64,000 nucleotides of DNA from a virus, in the IMG/VR virus record IMGVR_UViG_3300012642_000011, positions 1 through 64,000 of that record; one strand, given 5' to 3'. Position numbers and translations under genes: made by a program. Shown piece by piece: positions 47,916 through 57,900 of the stretch. Numbering within the stretch: the stretch's first letter is position 1; every line of letters begins with the position of its first letter. The notes under the pieces are model-generated. The model was not told the DNA's origin. It did not search any database and was given only the letters and a program-made list of their open reading frames with translations.

Positions 47916-50219
47916 ATGTCATTAACCTTGGCTAGAGTAGAGTTGAATAATTTCAGATTGCATAAGAATGTGGTTTTTGAACCTAAACAGACAGGTTTAG
48001 TCACTATCACAGGTCCTAATGGGTCTGGAAAGTCTTCTATTGTCAATGCTGTGGAATGGGCCTTATACGGCACAAAGCATAAGGGCATCTCTAAGAACTC
48101 TGATCTGATTCGAGAAGGTGTTGATCCGAAGAAAACAGAGGTCTTTGTCAAGGTAGATTTCATTTCAGGAGACACTGTTTACAGAGTGATCAGGACAATC
48201 AAAAGTGCCTCTCTGACAGAAGCAGAAATTTATCGTTCCCCCTCATTGGAGGATTATAAGAATGATAAATCCGAAGGAAAAATGGAGATTGAGGATCGTG
48301 ATCCCTTTGCTGCTGGTGTCTCCGATGTATCCAGAGAAGTCAAGAGAATCCTTGGCATGGACGAGAAGGGTTTTCTTACTGCCGTTAAGGTAGCCCAAAA
48401 GGAAGTTGACGGAATTATTCTCAGCGGTAAGGCTGAGCGAGGAAAGGTCATTGAGGATCTTACGGGTATTTCATCGTTGACTATTGCTTTAAAGAAGGCT
48501 AGAGAAGAGCATCGTGATCTGAAGAAAACAAGTGAATTCTTCACGGCCAGCAGGGATGACTTGAATGCGCTGCAGGCAGAGGTAGATGCACTGATTCCAA
48601 AGGTAGGAGATAAGAGAGAAGCACTTGTATCTGTCAGGGATGATGCTAAAGAGAAGAAGGAATCCTTTGATCAATTAAAGGAAGAAGTTCGTCAGCAACA
48701 GGAGATTGTTGATCAGAATAAGATGAATTCCGAGAAGATCATCGAGATCAAGGGAAGAATTAAAGCTGGTGAAGTCACTGTTTCTGATCTTCTCCAAGAG
48801 AGACAGGATAAGAAGAAAGAACTCACTGTCTTTGGTCATTCACCTATGACTTTGGATGCGGCAGAGAAAGCCATGTCTTCACTGAACGCAGAGATGTCTT
48901 CATTGTCATCAGCAAGGATCAATCTTGAGTCTAGGGTTTCTTCTATTGAGAGTAAGAAGAAATCTTTAGATGAATCTATTGCAAAAAAGGGCTATGAGAA
49001 GATAGAAGATCTCATAGGTGAGATGAGAACTCTCAAGGCAGACTCCGAATCATTGCAAAATGAAATCAATGATCTTCAGGATCAGTCTTCTTCAGTTGTC
49101 TCAGAAGGAAAGAAGATCAATGTTGCTATTGATGCTTTGACGCAAGATGATGGAACTTGCCCCACATGCTTGCAGAGAGTTGCTGATCCTTCAGAAGCAG
49201 TTGAGTTGCTTCAAGGGCAGGTGGCTTCTTTGAGGAAGAAAAACAAGGAGATCAAGTCCTCTATTGAAGAGAAGAAGGCGCTTCTTGCAGAGAAGAAAAC
49301 TAATTTTGATGAGTTGAATCAGATCAGAGTGTCATGGAAGTCCATTGCAGAGGACATTGAAACCATTGAGTCCATGAAGAAGGAGATCATGGATTACGAG
49401 TTCAAGGAAAAGATTGTTTCGAACAAGATCAAGAGCGCGGAATCTGATCTTGCTGATGCAAGGGATTTGAAGTCGAAGAAGGATGAGTATGACAGAATTA
49501 TTGCTCGCTACAATAAGGCTGATGAGGTACTGTCTGGTTTGAAAACACAGCTGTCCTCTTTGGAAGAGTCAATAGGTGAAAATAAGCCATTGAGTGAGGC
49601 CAAAATGGCTTCTTTGAGAAAGAAGATGGATGCTGCATCTGATGCGTACATCAAGGTCGCTGAGAAGTATTCATCTGACAAGGCTGATTACAAAGAGATT
49701 GAGGAAAGTCTGAAGTACAAGCAGAAAGAACTTGATGCTATGAAGGAAAGCGTTGAGAAGTACGAGAAGTCTTTGCTTGCTGTGGAGAGGTCTGTGTCAG
49801 CATTGAAGGTTGTTGAAGAGTATCGTGAAGATAGAATCTCTGAATCAATTCCTTTGATTGAAGCACATGCGTCTGAAATGATGAACCGTTTTACTTCTGG
49901 AAAGTTCACTCAGATTCTGATGGATCATAACTTCAATGTATCCATTGTCAGAGCAAATGGTGTAAAGGTTCCTATTGGTACGTTGTCAGGTGGAGAAATG
50001 TCAGCAGCAGCCATTGCTATCAGGTTGGCTATTGCTATTGTTTTGGACACAAGTCTTCTCATTCTTGATGAAGCATTGGTTTCACAGGATTTGGAGAGAT
50101 CTGAGAGGATTCTTTCTGTAGTCAAGGATTATTTCCATGGTCAGATCATCTTGATTGCGCATAGCAGTGTTATCCATGAGGTTTCTGATCAGAACTTTGA
50201 ACTGAACAGGGATGATTGA
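47916..50219 (+). CDS. SbcC/Rad50-like SMC-family ATPase with central CxxC zinc hook (orphan, no SbcD/Mre11 adjacent)
   Basis: N-terminal Walker A ITGPNGSGKSS. Long coiled coil with a central DDGTCPTCLQ hook. C-terminal signature LSGGEMSAAAIAIRLA and D-loop LILDEA. Confidence 0.7.
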   Translation: MSLTLARVELNNFRLHKNVVFEPKQTGLVTITGPNGSGKSSIVNAVEWALYGTKHKGISKNSDLIREGVDPKKTEVFVKVDFISGDTVYRVIRTIKSASLTEAEIYRSPSLEDYKNDKSEGKMEIEDRDPFAAGVSDVSREVKRILGMDEKGFLTAVKVAQKEVDGIILSGKAERGKVIEDLTGISSLTIALKKAREEHRDLKKTSEFFTASRDDLNALQAEVDALIPKVGDKREALVSVRDDAKEKKESFDQLKEEVRQQQEIVDQNKMNSEKIIEIKGRIKAGEVTVSDLLQERQDKKKELTVFGHSPMTLDAAEKAMSSLNAEMSSLSSARINLESRVSSIESKKKSLDESIAKKGYEKIEDLIGEMRTLKADSESLQNEINDLQDQSSSVVSEGKKINVAIDALTQDDGTCPTCLQRVADPSEAVELLQGQVASLRKKNKEIKSSIEEKKALLAEKKTNFDELNQIRVSWKSIAEDIETIESMKKEIMDYEFKEKIVSNKIKSAESDLADARDLKSKKDEYDRIIARYNKADEVLSGLKTQLSSLEESIGENKPLSEAKMASLRKKMDAASDAYIKVAEKYSSDKADYKEIEESLKYKQKELDAMKESVEKYEKSLLAVERSVSALKVVEEYREDRISESIPLIEAHASEMMNRFTSGKFTQILMDHNFNVSIVRANGVKVPIGTLSGGEMSAAAIAIRLAIAIVLDTSLLILDEALVSQDLERSERILSVVKDYFHGQIILIAHSSVIHEVSDQNFELNRDD

Positions 50220-50235
50220 TCTCTGACTTCATTGT

Positions 50236-50275
50236 GCGCCTTCTCGTATTGGTCGAGAAGGCGCTTTTCTTTTCT
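50236..50275 (+). terminator. rho-independent terminator
   Basis: gcgccttctcg-tattggt-cgagaaggcgc followed by ttttcttttctt. Confidence 0.7.
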
Positions 50276-50380
50276 TCAGCAGTCAGGATTCTGGGTTGCT
50301 AATATGCTTTTGATATGCTGAAAACACCTTTGGATTCATGATATTGAAAATAGTTATAAGGCACCAATATAGGAGTTATC

Positions 50381-51661
50381 GTGAGTCTTTCTTTTGAATC
50401 AAATACTATCTCAAAATACAAGATTGTGGAGAATGATGCATGGAATGATTGCTTCAATCTTCTTCTTGATCCTTCTGTCTCTGAAATCGAAGCCAATGGC
50501 CCTGATAAGTTTTTTATGAAGAAGAATGGTAGAAGGATTCATATTTCTCATATTAATATGACAGAAAAACAGTACAATGAAGCCCTTGAAGAGACTATGA
50601 AAAATAAAAAGGTCATGAGGGCATATGGTGAATTCTCGTGGGATGTATCACTGTTCGAAGGCATCCTTATGTATAATGTTCCCGATGCCAAGACAAGAGT
50701 CAGGGCAAGATGCCACGTCGTATTGCCCCCTGCTGCAACATATGCTCCTCAGGTGACCATTGCTAAGAAGAGTATCTCATTGAGCACATTGGATTCCATT
50801 GCAGGGCAAGGGTCCATGTCAACAGAGATGAAGAACTTCTTAGAGTGTGCTGTAGCATCTGATCTCACTGTGGTGTTTAGTGGTGGTACAGGTGCAGGAA
50901 AGACCACGATGATGGAAGCAGTGACGAAAATTATTGATCCAGAGTATAGAATCGGTATTGCTGAGGACTTGCCAGAACTTGAGTTGATCCAACCAAACGT
51001 TTCTTACCTTCAGTCGGTGCCTTATTCACCTGGTATGGATGTCAACAATGTGGTTACTCTTGAATGGGTTATCCAGCAGTTCCAGAGAATGAGAACAGAC
51101 AAACTTCTCGTTGGTGAGATTAGAGGTAAAGAGTTCTCATCATTCCTGATTGCCGCTAACTCTGGTATGGATGGATCTATGACCACAATGCACGCTGACA
51201 ACCCAAGAGCATGCTTAACAAAGATGTCAGAGTTCACATCTGCGGGCAGGCCAGGATCAAACATTAGAATGGTTAACCAATCCATTGGTGCATCTGTTGA
51301 CATTATTGTTCAGTTGGTCAAGCATAAAGACAAGCACAGGGTCAGCCACATTGAAGAAGTCTTAAGAGGTGTTGGTCAGGGAGAGGACGCAAAGATGACT
51401 TCCTCCACGCTTTACCAGTGGGATGAAGAAAAGGATGTCTTCTTAAAGAAGAGTCAGTTCAGTGATGAACTCCGTGAGAAGTTGCAGAAGAAATCTGCTG
51501 ACATTCAACAGTTCTTGGACAGCGCGCCGAATGTTCCACAACCTGCACATATGTCAAGGCCCACTCACTATGACCCAGCATCAGCGCACAAGACATCAAC
51601 ACCTTTGAGTAACATTGGTAGCAATCCATTTAAAACAGGTGGTAGCGGAAGGACAATATGA
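50381..51661 (+). CDS. CpaF/TadA/VirB11-family secretion ATPase
   Basis: Walker A GGTGAGKTT. LVGEIRG. His-box GMDGSMTTMHADNP. GTG start after TAGGAG. Confidence 0.75.
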   Translation: MSLSFESNTISKYKIVENDAWNDCFNLLLDPSVSEIEANGPDKFFMKKNGRRIHISHINMTEKQYNEALEETMKNKKVMRAYGEFSWDVSLFEGILMYNVPDAKTRVRARCHVVLPPAATYAPQVTIAKKSISLSTLDSIAGQGSMSTEMKNFLECAVASDLTVVFSGGTGAGKTTMMEAVTKIIDPEYRIGIAEDLPELELIQPNVSYLQSVPYSPGMDVNNVVTLEWVIQQFQRMRTDKLLVGEIRGKEFSSFLIAANSGMDGSMTTMHADNPRACLTKMSEFTSAGRPGSNIRMVNQSIGASVDIIVQLVKHKDKHRVSHIEEVLRGVGQGEDAKMTSSTLYQWDEEKDVFLKKSQFSDELREKLQKKSADIQQFLDSAPNVPQPAHMSRPTHYDPASAHKTSTPLSNIGSNPFKTGGSGRTI

Positions 51662-52707
51662 GAAGATCAGATAGGATCACCGTAGAGGATTTAAGACACT
51701 ATGTTCCCATCTTCCAGCAAGCAGATCATGCTATGGATTTATTGTTAGAAGAAGACCTTGATCCTCATGAGAGGAACAGGTTGGAATCAGTGGCTCGTAT
51801 GAGGTCAATTGCTATCTCTAGGATCAGCGACTTGTGCGCGCCATTGATTGTAAAAGAAGTGGCTTCAATTATTAAATCTTCTAGAATCCCCATTTCTCAA
51901 GATCCCACTATCTTCGATACTGTGTACCAAGCTGGAATCGGTGGAATGATCAGGGGTTTGAGAAAGTTTGATGTAGACAAGATCAATGTCTCTTCTACTA
52001 ATTATCTTCTTCAGTGGATCACTACTTATAGCAAGAAGGAGATGCTTTCTTTGGAAACACCTGAAGGCATTGCTCCTAGTAGGTATCAGAAGATGAAGAA
52101 GATTGCTGCTGTAAGATCGAAACTTTCTTCGGAGCGTGGAAGAGAAGTCTCCAATGAAGAAGTGCTTGAGTATTTCCATTCTGGTTCTGCTGACATTGAA
52201 AACAAGAATGGACGCGTGGGTTCTTCAGATGTTGCTTATGAATCCAATAAGAAGATGACTATTGATCTCATTGAAGAGCAAGAAGCATTGTATAAAGGCG
52301 ACATGGGCGTAGTGTCCATTGATACTCAGGATACTGTCTCTACAGGTTCTTTCTCTGATCATGACAGCGAGATTTTAGGGGAGAGTCTTTTTGGCCGTTT
52401 TCTTGAGACAGGAGATTTCACAGATCAGGCTAAAGCCGTTCTTCTTTCTGAGATGAATGTGCCTTCTATGGGTGATTATCTTTTAAATGTGGTGTCAACA
52501 ATGACGCCTTCTGAGTACAGATCTTTGGCTACGGTATGGAAGAAATACCTTCGTGATCCACATTCTCTCTTCTTCTCCTTCCTTAAGGATCTTGAGAAAG
52601 ATCCTCATGAGGAGTTCCATGTGGGAGCGTTGATATCAAGGATAGAACAAGAAAGCGAGACGAGGAATACGAATTATTCCAAACTCTTTAATAAAGGAGC
52701 GAAATAA
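51658..52707 (+). CDS. sigma-70 family-like factor (divergent second copy)
   Basis: YQAGIGGMIRGLRKFDVDKINVSSTNYLLQWITTY resembles sigma-70 region 2.1-2.3 (QEGNIGLMKAVDKF...FSTYATWWIRQAI). The region 4 match is weak. Confidence 0.4.
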   Translation: MRRSDRITVEDLRHYVPIFQQADHAMDLLLEEDLDPHERNRLESVARMRSIAISRISDLCAPLIVKEVASIIKSSRIPISQDPTIFDTVYQAGIGGMIRGLRKFDVDKINVSSTNYLLQWITTYSKKEMLSLETPEGIAPSRYQKMKKIAAVRSKLSSERGREVSNEEVLEYFHSGSADIENKNGRVGSSDVAYESNKKMTIDLIEEQEALYKGDMGVVSIDTQDTVSTGSFSDHDSEILGESLFGRFLETGDFTDQAKAVLLSEMNVPSMGDYLLNVVSTMTPSEYRSLATVWKKYLRDPHSLFFSFLKDLEKDPHEEFHVGALISRIEQESETRNTNYSKLFNKGAK

Positions 52708-52949
52708 TGAATGCTATACCTACGAGTCTGATTGTGCAGTGGGGGATGTATGCGTTATGTGCAATCATCATCATTGTTGCCATAGTAGTCATTGTACTCA
52801 CTGTGAAGAGGAGGTATGATGACCTTCACGATGTCCTTCCTGATGAGGATGGAGTAGTAGAAAAGCCTCAGAAAAAGGTCGTTATTGAGGAAGAAGATGA
52901 AGAATCTGTCTTCTTCTTGGAAGATGACGAGATTAATACCATCAAATGA
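52707..52949 (+). CDS. small single-TM protein with acidic C-terminus
   Basis: TM YALCAIIIIVAIVVIVLTV. RBS AAAGGAG. Confidence 0.4.
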   Translation: MNAIPTSLIVQWGMYALCAIIIIVAIVVIVLTVKRRYDDLHDVLPDEDGVVEKPQKKVVIEEEDEESVFFLEDDEINTIK

Positions 52950-53090
52950 TATCAATGCTATGATAATTGTAGGCAAAATGGCAAAGTTTTGATATTATGT
53001 AGTGTCATGTGAGTGATTCTCATGATGAATTGATACACTGAATGTGATTCAGGAAGTTCCTGATGAACTAAAAAGACAAAGGAGAAGCTT

Positions 53091-53381
53091 ATGGCTGAGA
53101 CTTACACAAAGGCAGATCTTGTTGCTGATGTTGCAACAAAGAAGGACATCTCCAAGGCTGAGGCAGCACGCATTGTTGACCTCGTAATTGACTTGATCAA
53201 GAACGAGTTGGGCGATGGCAACGACGTGAAGATTAGCGGGTTGTTCACTGCTAAGGTCTCCACCAGCGAGGCACGTAAGGGTGTTCACCCACGTACCCGC
53301 GAGGAGATTGATATTCCTGCCAAGAAGCGAGTCAAGTTCACACCTGCTGCTGTTATCAAGCGCACAGTTGCTGGCGAGTGA
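53091..53381 (+). CDS. hup: HU/IHF-family DNA-binding protein
   Basis: Typical HU length and motifs (...LGDGNDVKISGLFTAKVSTSEARKGVHPRTREEIDIPAKKRVKF). Codon usage is distinct from neighbours: all Arg codons are CGN and third-position GC is higher. Confidence 0.8.
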   Translation: MAETYTKADLVADVATKKDISKAEAARIVDLVIDLIKNELGDGNDVKISGLFTAKVSTSEARKGVHPRTREEIDIPAKKRVKFTPAAVIKRTVAGE

Positions 53382-53414
53382 TCTGAGAATAACTCAACAA
53401 CAATTTAATATGTA

Positions 53415-53447
53415 AAGAGGGAGGAATTATTTCCTCCCTCTTTTGTT
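53415..53447 (+). terminator. rho-independent terminator
   Basis: aagagggagga-attatt-tcctccctctt followed by ttgtt. Confidence 0.65.
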
Positions 53448-53518
53448 ATATTATGGGAGGAAATAGAAGATATAAATATTTTTTGTTTTCCTGATAAGCG
53501 TAAACAGACAGGGGCGAT

Positions 53519-53965
53519 ATGAGACTGAACAATAAAGCATTCATCAACATTACACTTCCAGAGCATTATGTCGATGATCTCAAACTTGCTGCATACGAAG
53601 AAATGAGAACTGCGTCAACAAAATATAAACTCAATTTGACTTCTGAGGAAAAAGACAACATTTTCTATCATTCATTCAAACAATTGGAATTCAAAGTTAA
53701 AGAAATTGCAAGAACTGACTGGGAAATAGGCCAAAAGAAAGTGTCTATCAGAGTTGATCATTACGAAGACATAGAAATAGACATTCCAGAAGATCTCGGT
53801 TCTCATATGAACAAAAGCGTTCTACGAGAGAGCAAGAAATGGTCCTTTGACTATGAGAACAACAAGGGATCAATCCCATTGAATGAATTGCAATCAGAGA
53901 TTATGACTATGCTAGATAAGTTCTTGAGAACAGCAATCATGTATGGAGTAGGATCATATGCCTGA
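53519..53965 (+). CDS. hypothetical protein
   Basis: 148-aa ORF. Coupled to the next gene. Confidence 0.4.
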   Translation: MRLNNKAFINITLPEHYVDDLKLAAYEEMRTASTKYKLNLTSEEKDNIFYHSFKQLEFKVKEIARTDWEIGQKKVSIRVDHYEDIEIDIPEDLGSHMNKSVLRESKKWSFDYENNKGSIPLNELQSEIMTMLDKFLRTAIMYGVGSYA

Positions 53966-54311
53966 GCCAAGGAAAGCAACAGGAAACACAAGAGAACTTG
54001 CAAGAAAAGTCTCAACTCATGTTGGAATCAGGCCGGATATTGTCCATGATGTGATCGATGGGACCATTGATATCATTGTTGATGAAATCATGAATAATGG
54101 AGAATTAAAGATACCAGGATTCATTGAGATCACGAGTTATGAGCATAATAAGTCAACATATGGGAAGTCCAAAAGGCTGAAAACAAGTTTGAGTTGGAAG
54201 ATCAGACAACTGTGGAAACTCATGAACAATGGAAAGATTGATAAGCCAACAAAGGACACGTGGAGACAATTAGCATTAGATCATGTTATTCCTAATACGA
54301 AGCAAAAATGA
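53958..54311 (+). CDS. second HU-like DNA-binding protein (divergent)
   Basis: ELARKVSTHVGIRPDIVHDVIDGTIDIIVDEIMNNGELKIPGFIEI follows the HU helix-helix-beta-arm pattern. Confidence 0.4.
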   Translation: MPEPRKATGNTRELARKVSTHVGIRPDIVHDVIDGTIDIIVDEIMNNGELKIPGFIEITSYEHNKSTYGKSKRLKTSLSWKIRQLWKLMNNGKIDKPTKDTWRQLALDHVIPNTKQK

Positions 54312-54381
54312 TCAATAAAAGAGCACACCCATCTATGATATTCAACAATATGATTAGGATAACACAGAAAAGAGAGAAGAA

Positions 54382-54933
54382 ATGACGGCAAAACTCACAT
54401 ATAATTCTCTTCCACCAGAGATCAAAGCGATAGCCAACGAGTCCTTGGGTGCAGGTGTGCTCAAGTCAATGTTTGGCAGCTATGCTCATACATACCATAT
54501 GGTCATTAAGATTTCCAACGGGGAATTTGTGGGTTTTGGACTTTACCATTTTAAAAATGTAAGGATTCCTGGAAAAGGAACCAAAACAGTAGGAGTCATT
54601 GACTGTGTTTGCGTATCGACACCTTACAGAAAAGATGGATTTGGGACTCTGATCACTTTCAGTGTGCTAAGGAAGATTGCAAGTTATGGTGCAAGCAGAG
54701 TAGAACTTATTCTTAAGACACCAAGAGTTGAGGACAGGGATGGTGAACCAGGCGTACCCTTAATCGGGAACCAACAAGTGCTACAAACGCTTGGTTTCAG
54801 AAGAGTGAAAATTCAAGATGGATACTTTGCTGAGAATTCAAAGAGATGGGGATATGAATGTCGCTTCTGTGGCAACTGGCCTGATACATGCAAGGGGATC
54901 ACTTACGTCATTGACGATGATTCATCTGAATGA
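54382..54933 (+). CDS. GNAT-family acetyltransferase-like protein
   Basis: VGVIDCVCVSTPYRKDGFGTLITFSVLRKIASYGASRVEL resembles GNAT motif A. Confidence 0.4.
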   Translation: MTAKLTYNSLPPEIKAIANESLGAGVLKSMFGSYAHTYHMVIKISNGEFVGFGLYHFKNVRIPGKGTKTVGVIDCVCVSTPYRKDGFGTLITFSVLRKIASYGASRVELILKTPRVEDRDGEPGVPLIGNQQVLQTLGFRRVKIQDGYFAENSKRWGYECRFCGNWPDTCKGITYVIDDDSSE

Positions 54934-54975
54934 TCATAAAACATCATCCCATTAGAAAATTGATATAAATAATGG

Positions 54976-57900
54976 GTGCTACAGGAGATTAATATATCTA
55001 TGTCTAAGAACAAGGGATCAGTATATCTTGAAAAATCTGTGATAGAAAAAACTTCTATCATCAGACCTTTCTTTTTTATGCTCTTTTCCCTTTTAGCGGT
55101 TATCTCCTTCGCTTTTGTAGGATTGTCATCCAGTATGCAAGCCACTACAGCATCCGCACAAAGTTCTGAATCAGACAAACAAGAAAGAGAACTACAAAAC
55201 AAAGTCAGAGAGGCTTTCAACAATTATTTCAAGGAATTCAAAGACCCTGACCAAGAAGGCGAAAAGCCAATATTTGATTATGTAGACCCGACTCAGGAAA
55301 GAAACACTATTGGTGGTGCCTTGGCTAGAGTTGCAGGTGCAGGAAAGTACCTAAACCAAGCTCCCCTAGCATATACCAGTAAAGACACTCCCACAACAGT
55401 CAATAAAAACTTCATGTGTAATGTTGACGACAAGTGGGCAGGAACGCCTCTCTATCACAACTGTGACATCCCTAACGTTCCTACAGAGATGCTTCAAGAT
55501 CTTATCTCCTTCATTGGATTCACAGGCCCCAAGGGTGCAAACGTGACCTCTTCTAAAATTGACACTCCTGCATTCGGAATGCCTAGTGCAATTACTAAGG
55601 CTATGGAACCCTCTTCAGATCCAAGCAAAAGATACTACAAGTACTCTGGTCTTGAACTCTTCGGATACAACCTAAGATACACCAACTACTACGGTGAATG
55701 GGACCAGATTAGAGTTGCTACATCAGCAAGAATGCTTTCTAACTTCGGTATGATGGACATGATTGGTATGTCAGGAAAAGCAGCATTTTCCGGCGTACAT
55801 AAAGGTTTAGGAATAGCCGGTGAAGAATTCATCAGTGGAATGAAAAAGGGCGACATCATTGGCGCTATCGGCGGTCTCTACTCTGGATTTGTCATTGGAT
55901 CTGTCACAGATTCTGTGAATACTGTTCTGGACACATCAGATTATAATGTTGTCGCAAACTACGCATGGTTTAGGGACAATTATGGTTCCACGCTCTATAA
56001 CGCCAGAGAACTCTCCAATGAAGAAATCTCCCGTGAGGCTGTAAAACAACTTGTTGCTATGGTCATGGGTACAACTCCAGAAGAGGCAAAAGTTCCCGCT
56101 GATCTTCTGTCCATCTCCAGTCCACCACAGGGTCCAAAAGAAGGCATCTCTTACTGTGAATATGCTGATCGTAATGGGAAAGTAGTCAAGGTCAAACCCT
56201 CTAGAGCACCTGGCATCAGTGAGGAAGCATGTGCGTCCAGAGCAAAAGATGCTCAAGGTGCTGTTGACGTTGACGATGCAAAGTATACATGGTCAGAAGA
56301 TGGAACCCAAAAAGCAGAGTCATTGAAAGAATGGGTTGCTAGAGACAAGGCGTTCTCCATCGGTGAGAAGTATAACATGGCATGTAAGCCTAATCTGGAC
56401 GTAAAAGACGAAGAGGCTGTGGCTGCAGAAGTTGCCAAGGTTGTCAATTGCTGGTCAGAGGAATGGAACAAGGCCAGAGATGAAGCGCTGATTAAGTCTG
56501 AAAAAGAAGTCACTAAAGAGTGGACTAAAGATGCTATCAGTAGCCAAAAGTTCCTTAAATGGATTCAAGAAGATCCCGCTAGAAACTTTAATGCTCCATG
56601 GAACAGGTTTGTTTGCCTTGATTCCTCAGGAAAAGACCTCAGGATAAATGGTCACAATGTTAAGGTATTTAACCCAGACGGGTCTTTGAATGACCAGTGT
56701 GGGGGAGGTGCTCCACGTCCTCCTATTCAAAATGGCTTCTTCGGAAACGGATATGTTGATGGGCAGTCAAAGCCTGACGTAGATACAAGAAACACATTGT
56801 CACAAAAGAGTATGTTTGAGGTTATTTTCCCTATCGACCTCATTTTCAGCAGTATTGCCAAATCTGGTCTCGACATTGCTATTTTCTTCAACAGAATTGC
56901 CAACACTGTCATCAATCTTTCCTTCATGCCTATTGGAGAAGAGTTGGGAATCAATAAGATTGTTGTCAGCCTAATGGAATCATATAGAGATGGCATCTTC
57001 TTCCCTATCAGCGTCATCATAGGTGCAGCAGTCGGCGTGATCATGATTTTCCAAGTTATTATCAAGAGAAACTTCAGAGAGCAGTTCCTCAACGCTTTGC
57101 TTGCTATGCTCACTATGATTGCAGGAGTTGCGCTGTTAACTAGGCCAGCAGAAACCATCAAAGCAGTAGAGACCATTCCTACCAACTTTGAGTCATGGGT
57201 TATGGGAACTATCTTTAATTTTGGAAAATCACAGGATGTCTTGTGTTCTGTCACAGGTGAATCCATGTCTGATAGCACTGTTGGATTTGATGGAGAAGCA
57301 ACAGGAAACAGTGTTCAGGGTAACGTGAGATTCTTGATGTGTGAAAGTTGGAGAGCATTCTCATTCACACCATGGGTTGTAGGCCAGTGGGGAACTTCCT
57401 ACGACGAACTTTATGCCAATGGAACTGAAGGCGTCAAGGGAACCATGCAGAATTCCAATGAGCAACTTGTAGGATCTGCTCCTGTAGAAATGGGCGGCGG
57501 AAAAACTGTGAACAACTGGGCTTTGTACCATTTGAGCACAATAACCAGCGGAACTGCCTATGAGAAGGATCTGACAGAACCCAATGGTTCTATTGATCCC
57601 GATTTCTACAGAATTGTTGACATGCAGGCAGGTCCAAACAACGGTGCTGGAACAGATGGACGATACTTCAGCGCATGGACAGGTCAAGACTATGGCAGCA
57701 GGATAACAAGTGGTCTCTCTGGTGCTGTGACATCTGTAGTGTCATCTGTGGTGATCATTTCCTATTCTGTAGTCAAGATACAGATTTCTATCATCACAAC
57801 AATAATGCTGATCATGCTTCCTTTTGTTCTGCTTGTTGGAATCCTCCCCGGACCAGGTAGAAGGATGCTTAGAGGCTATGCTGCAACCATTCTGGGCTTG

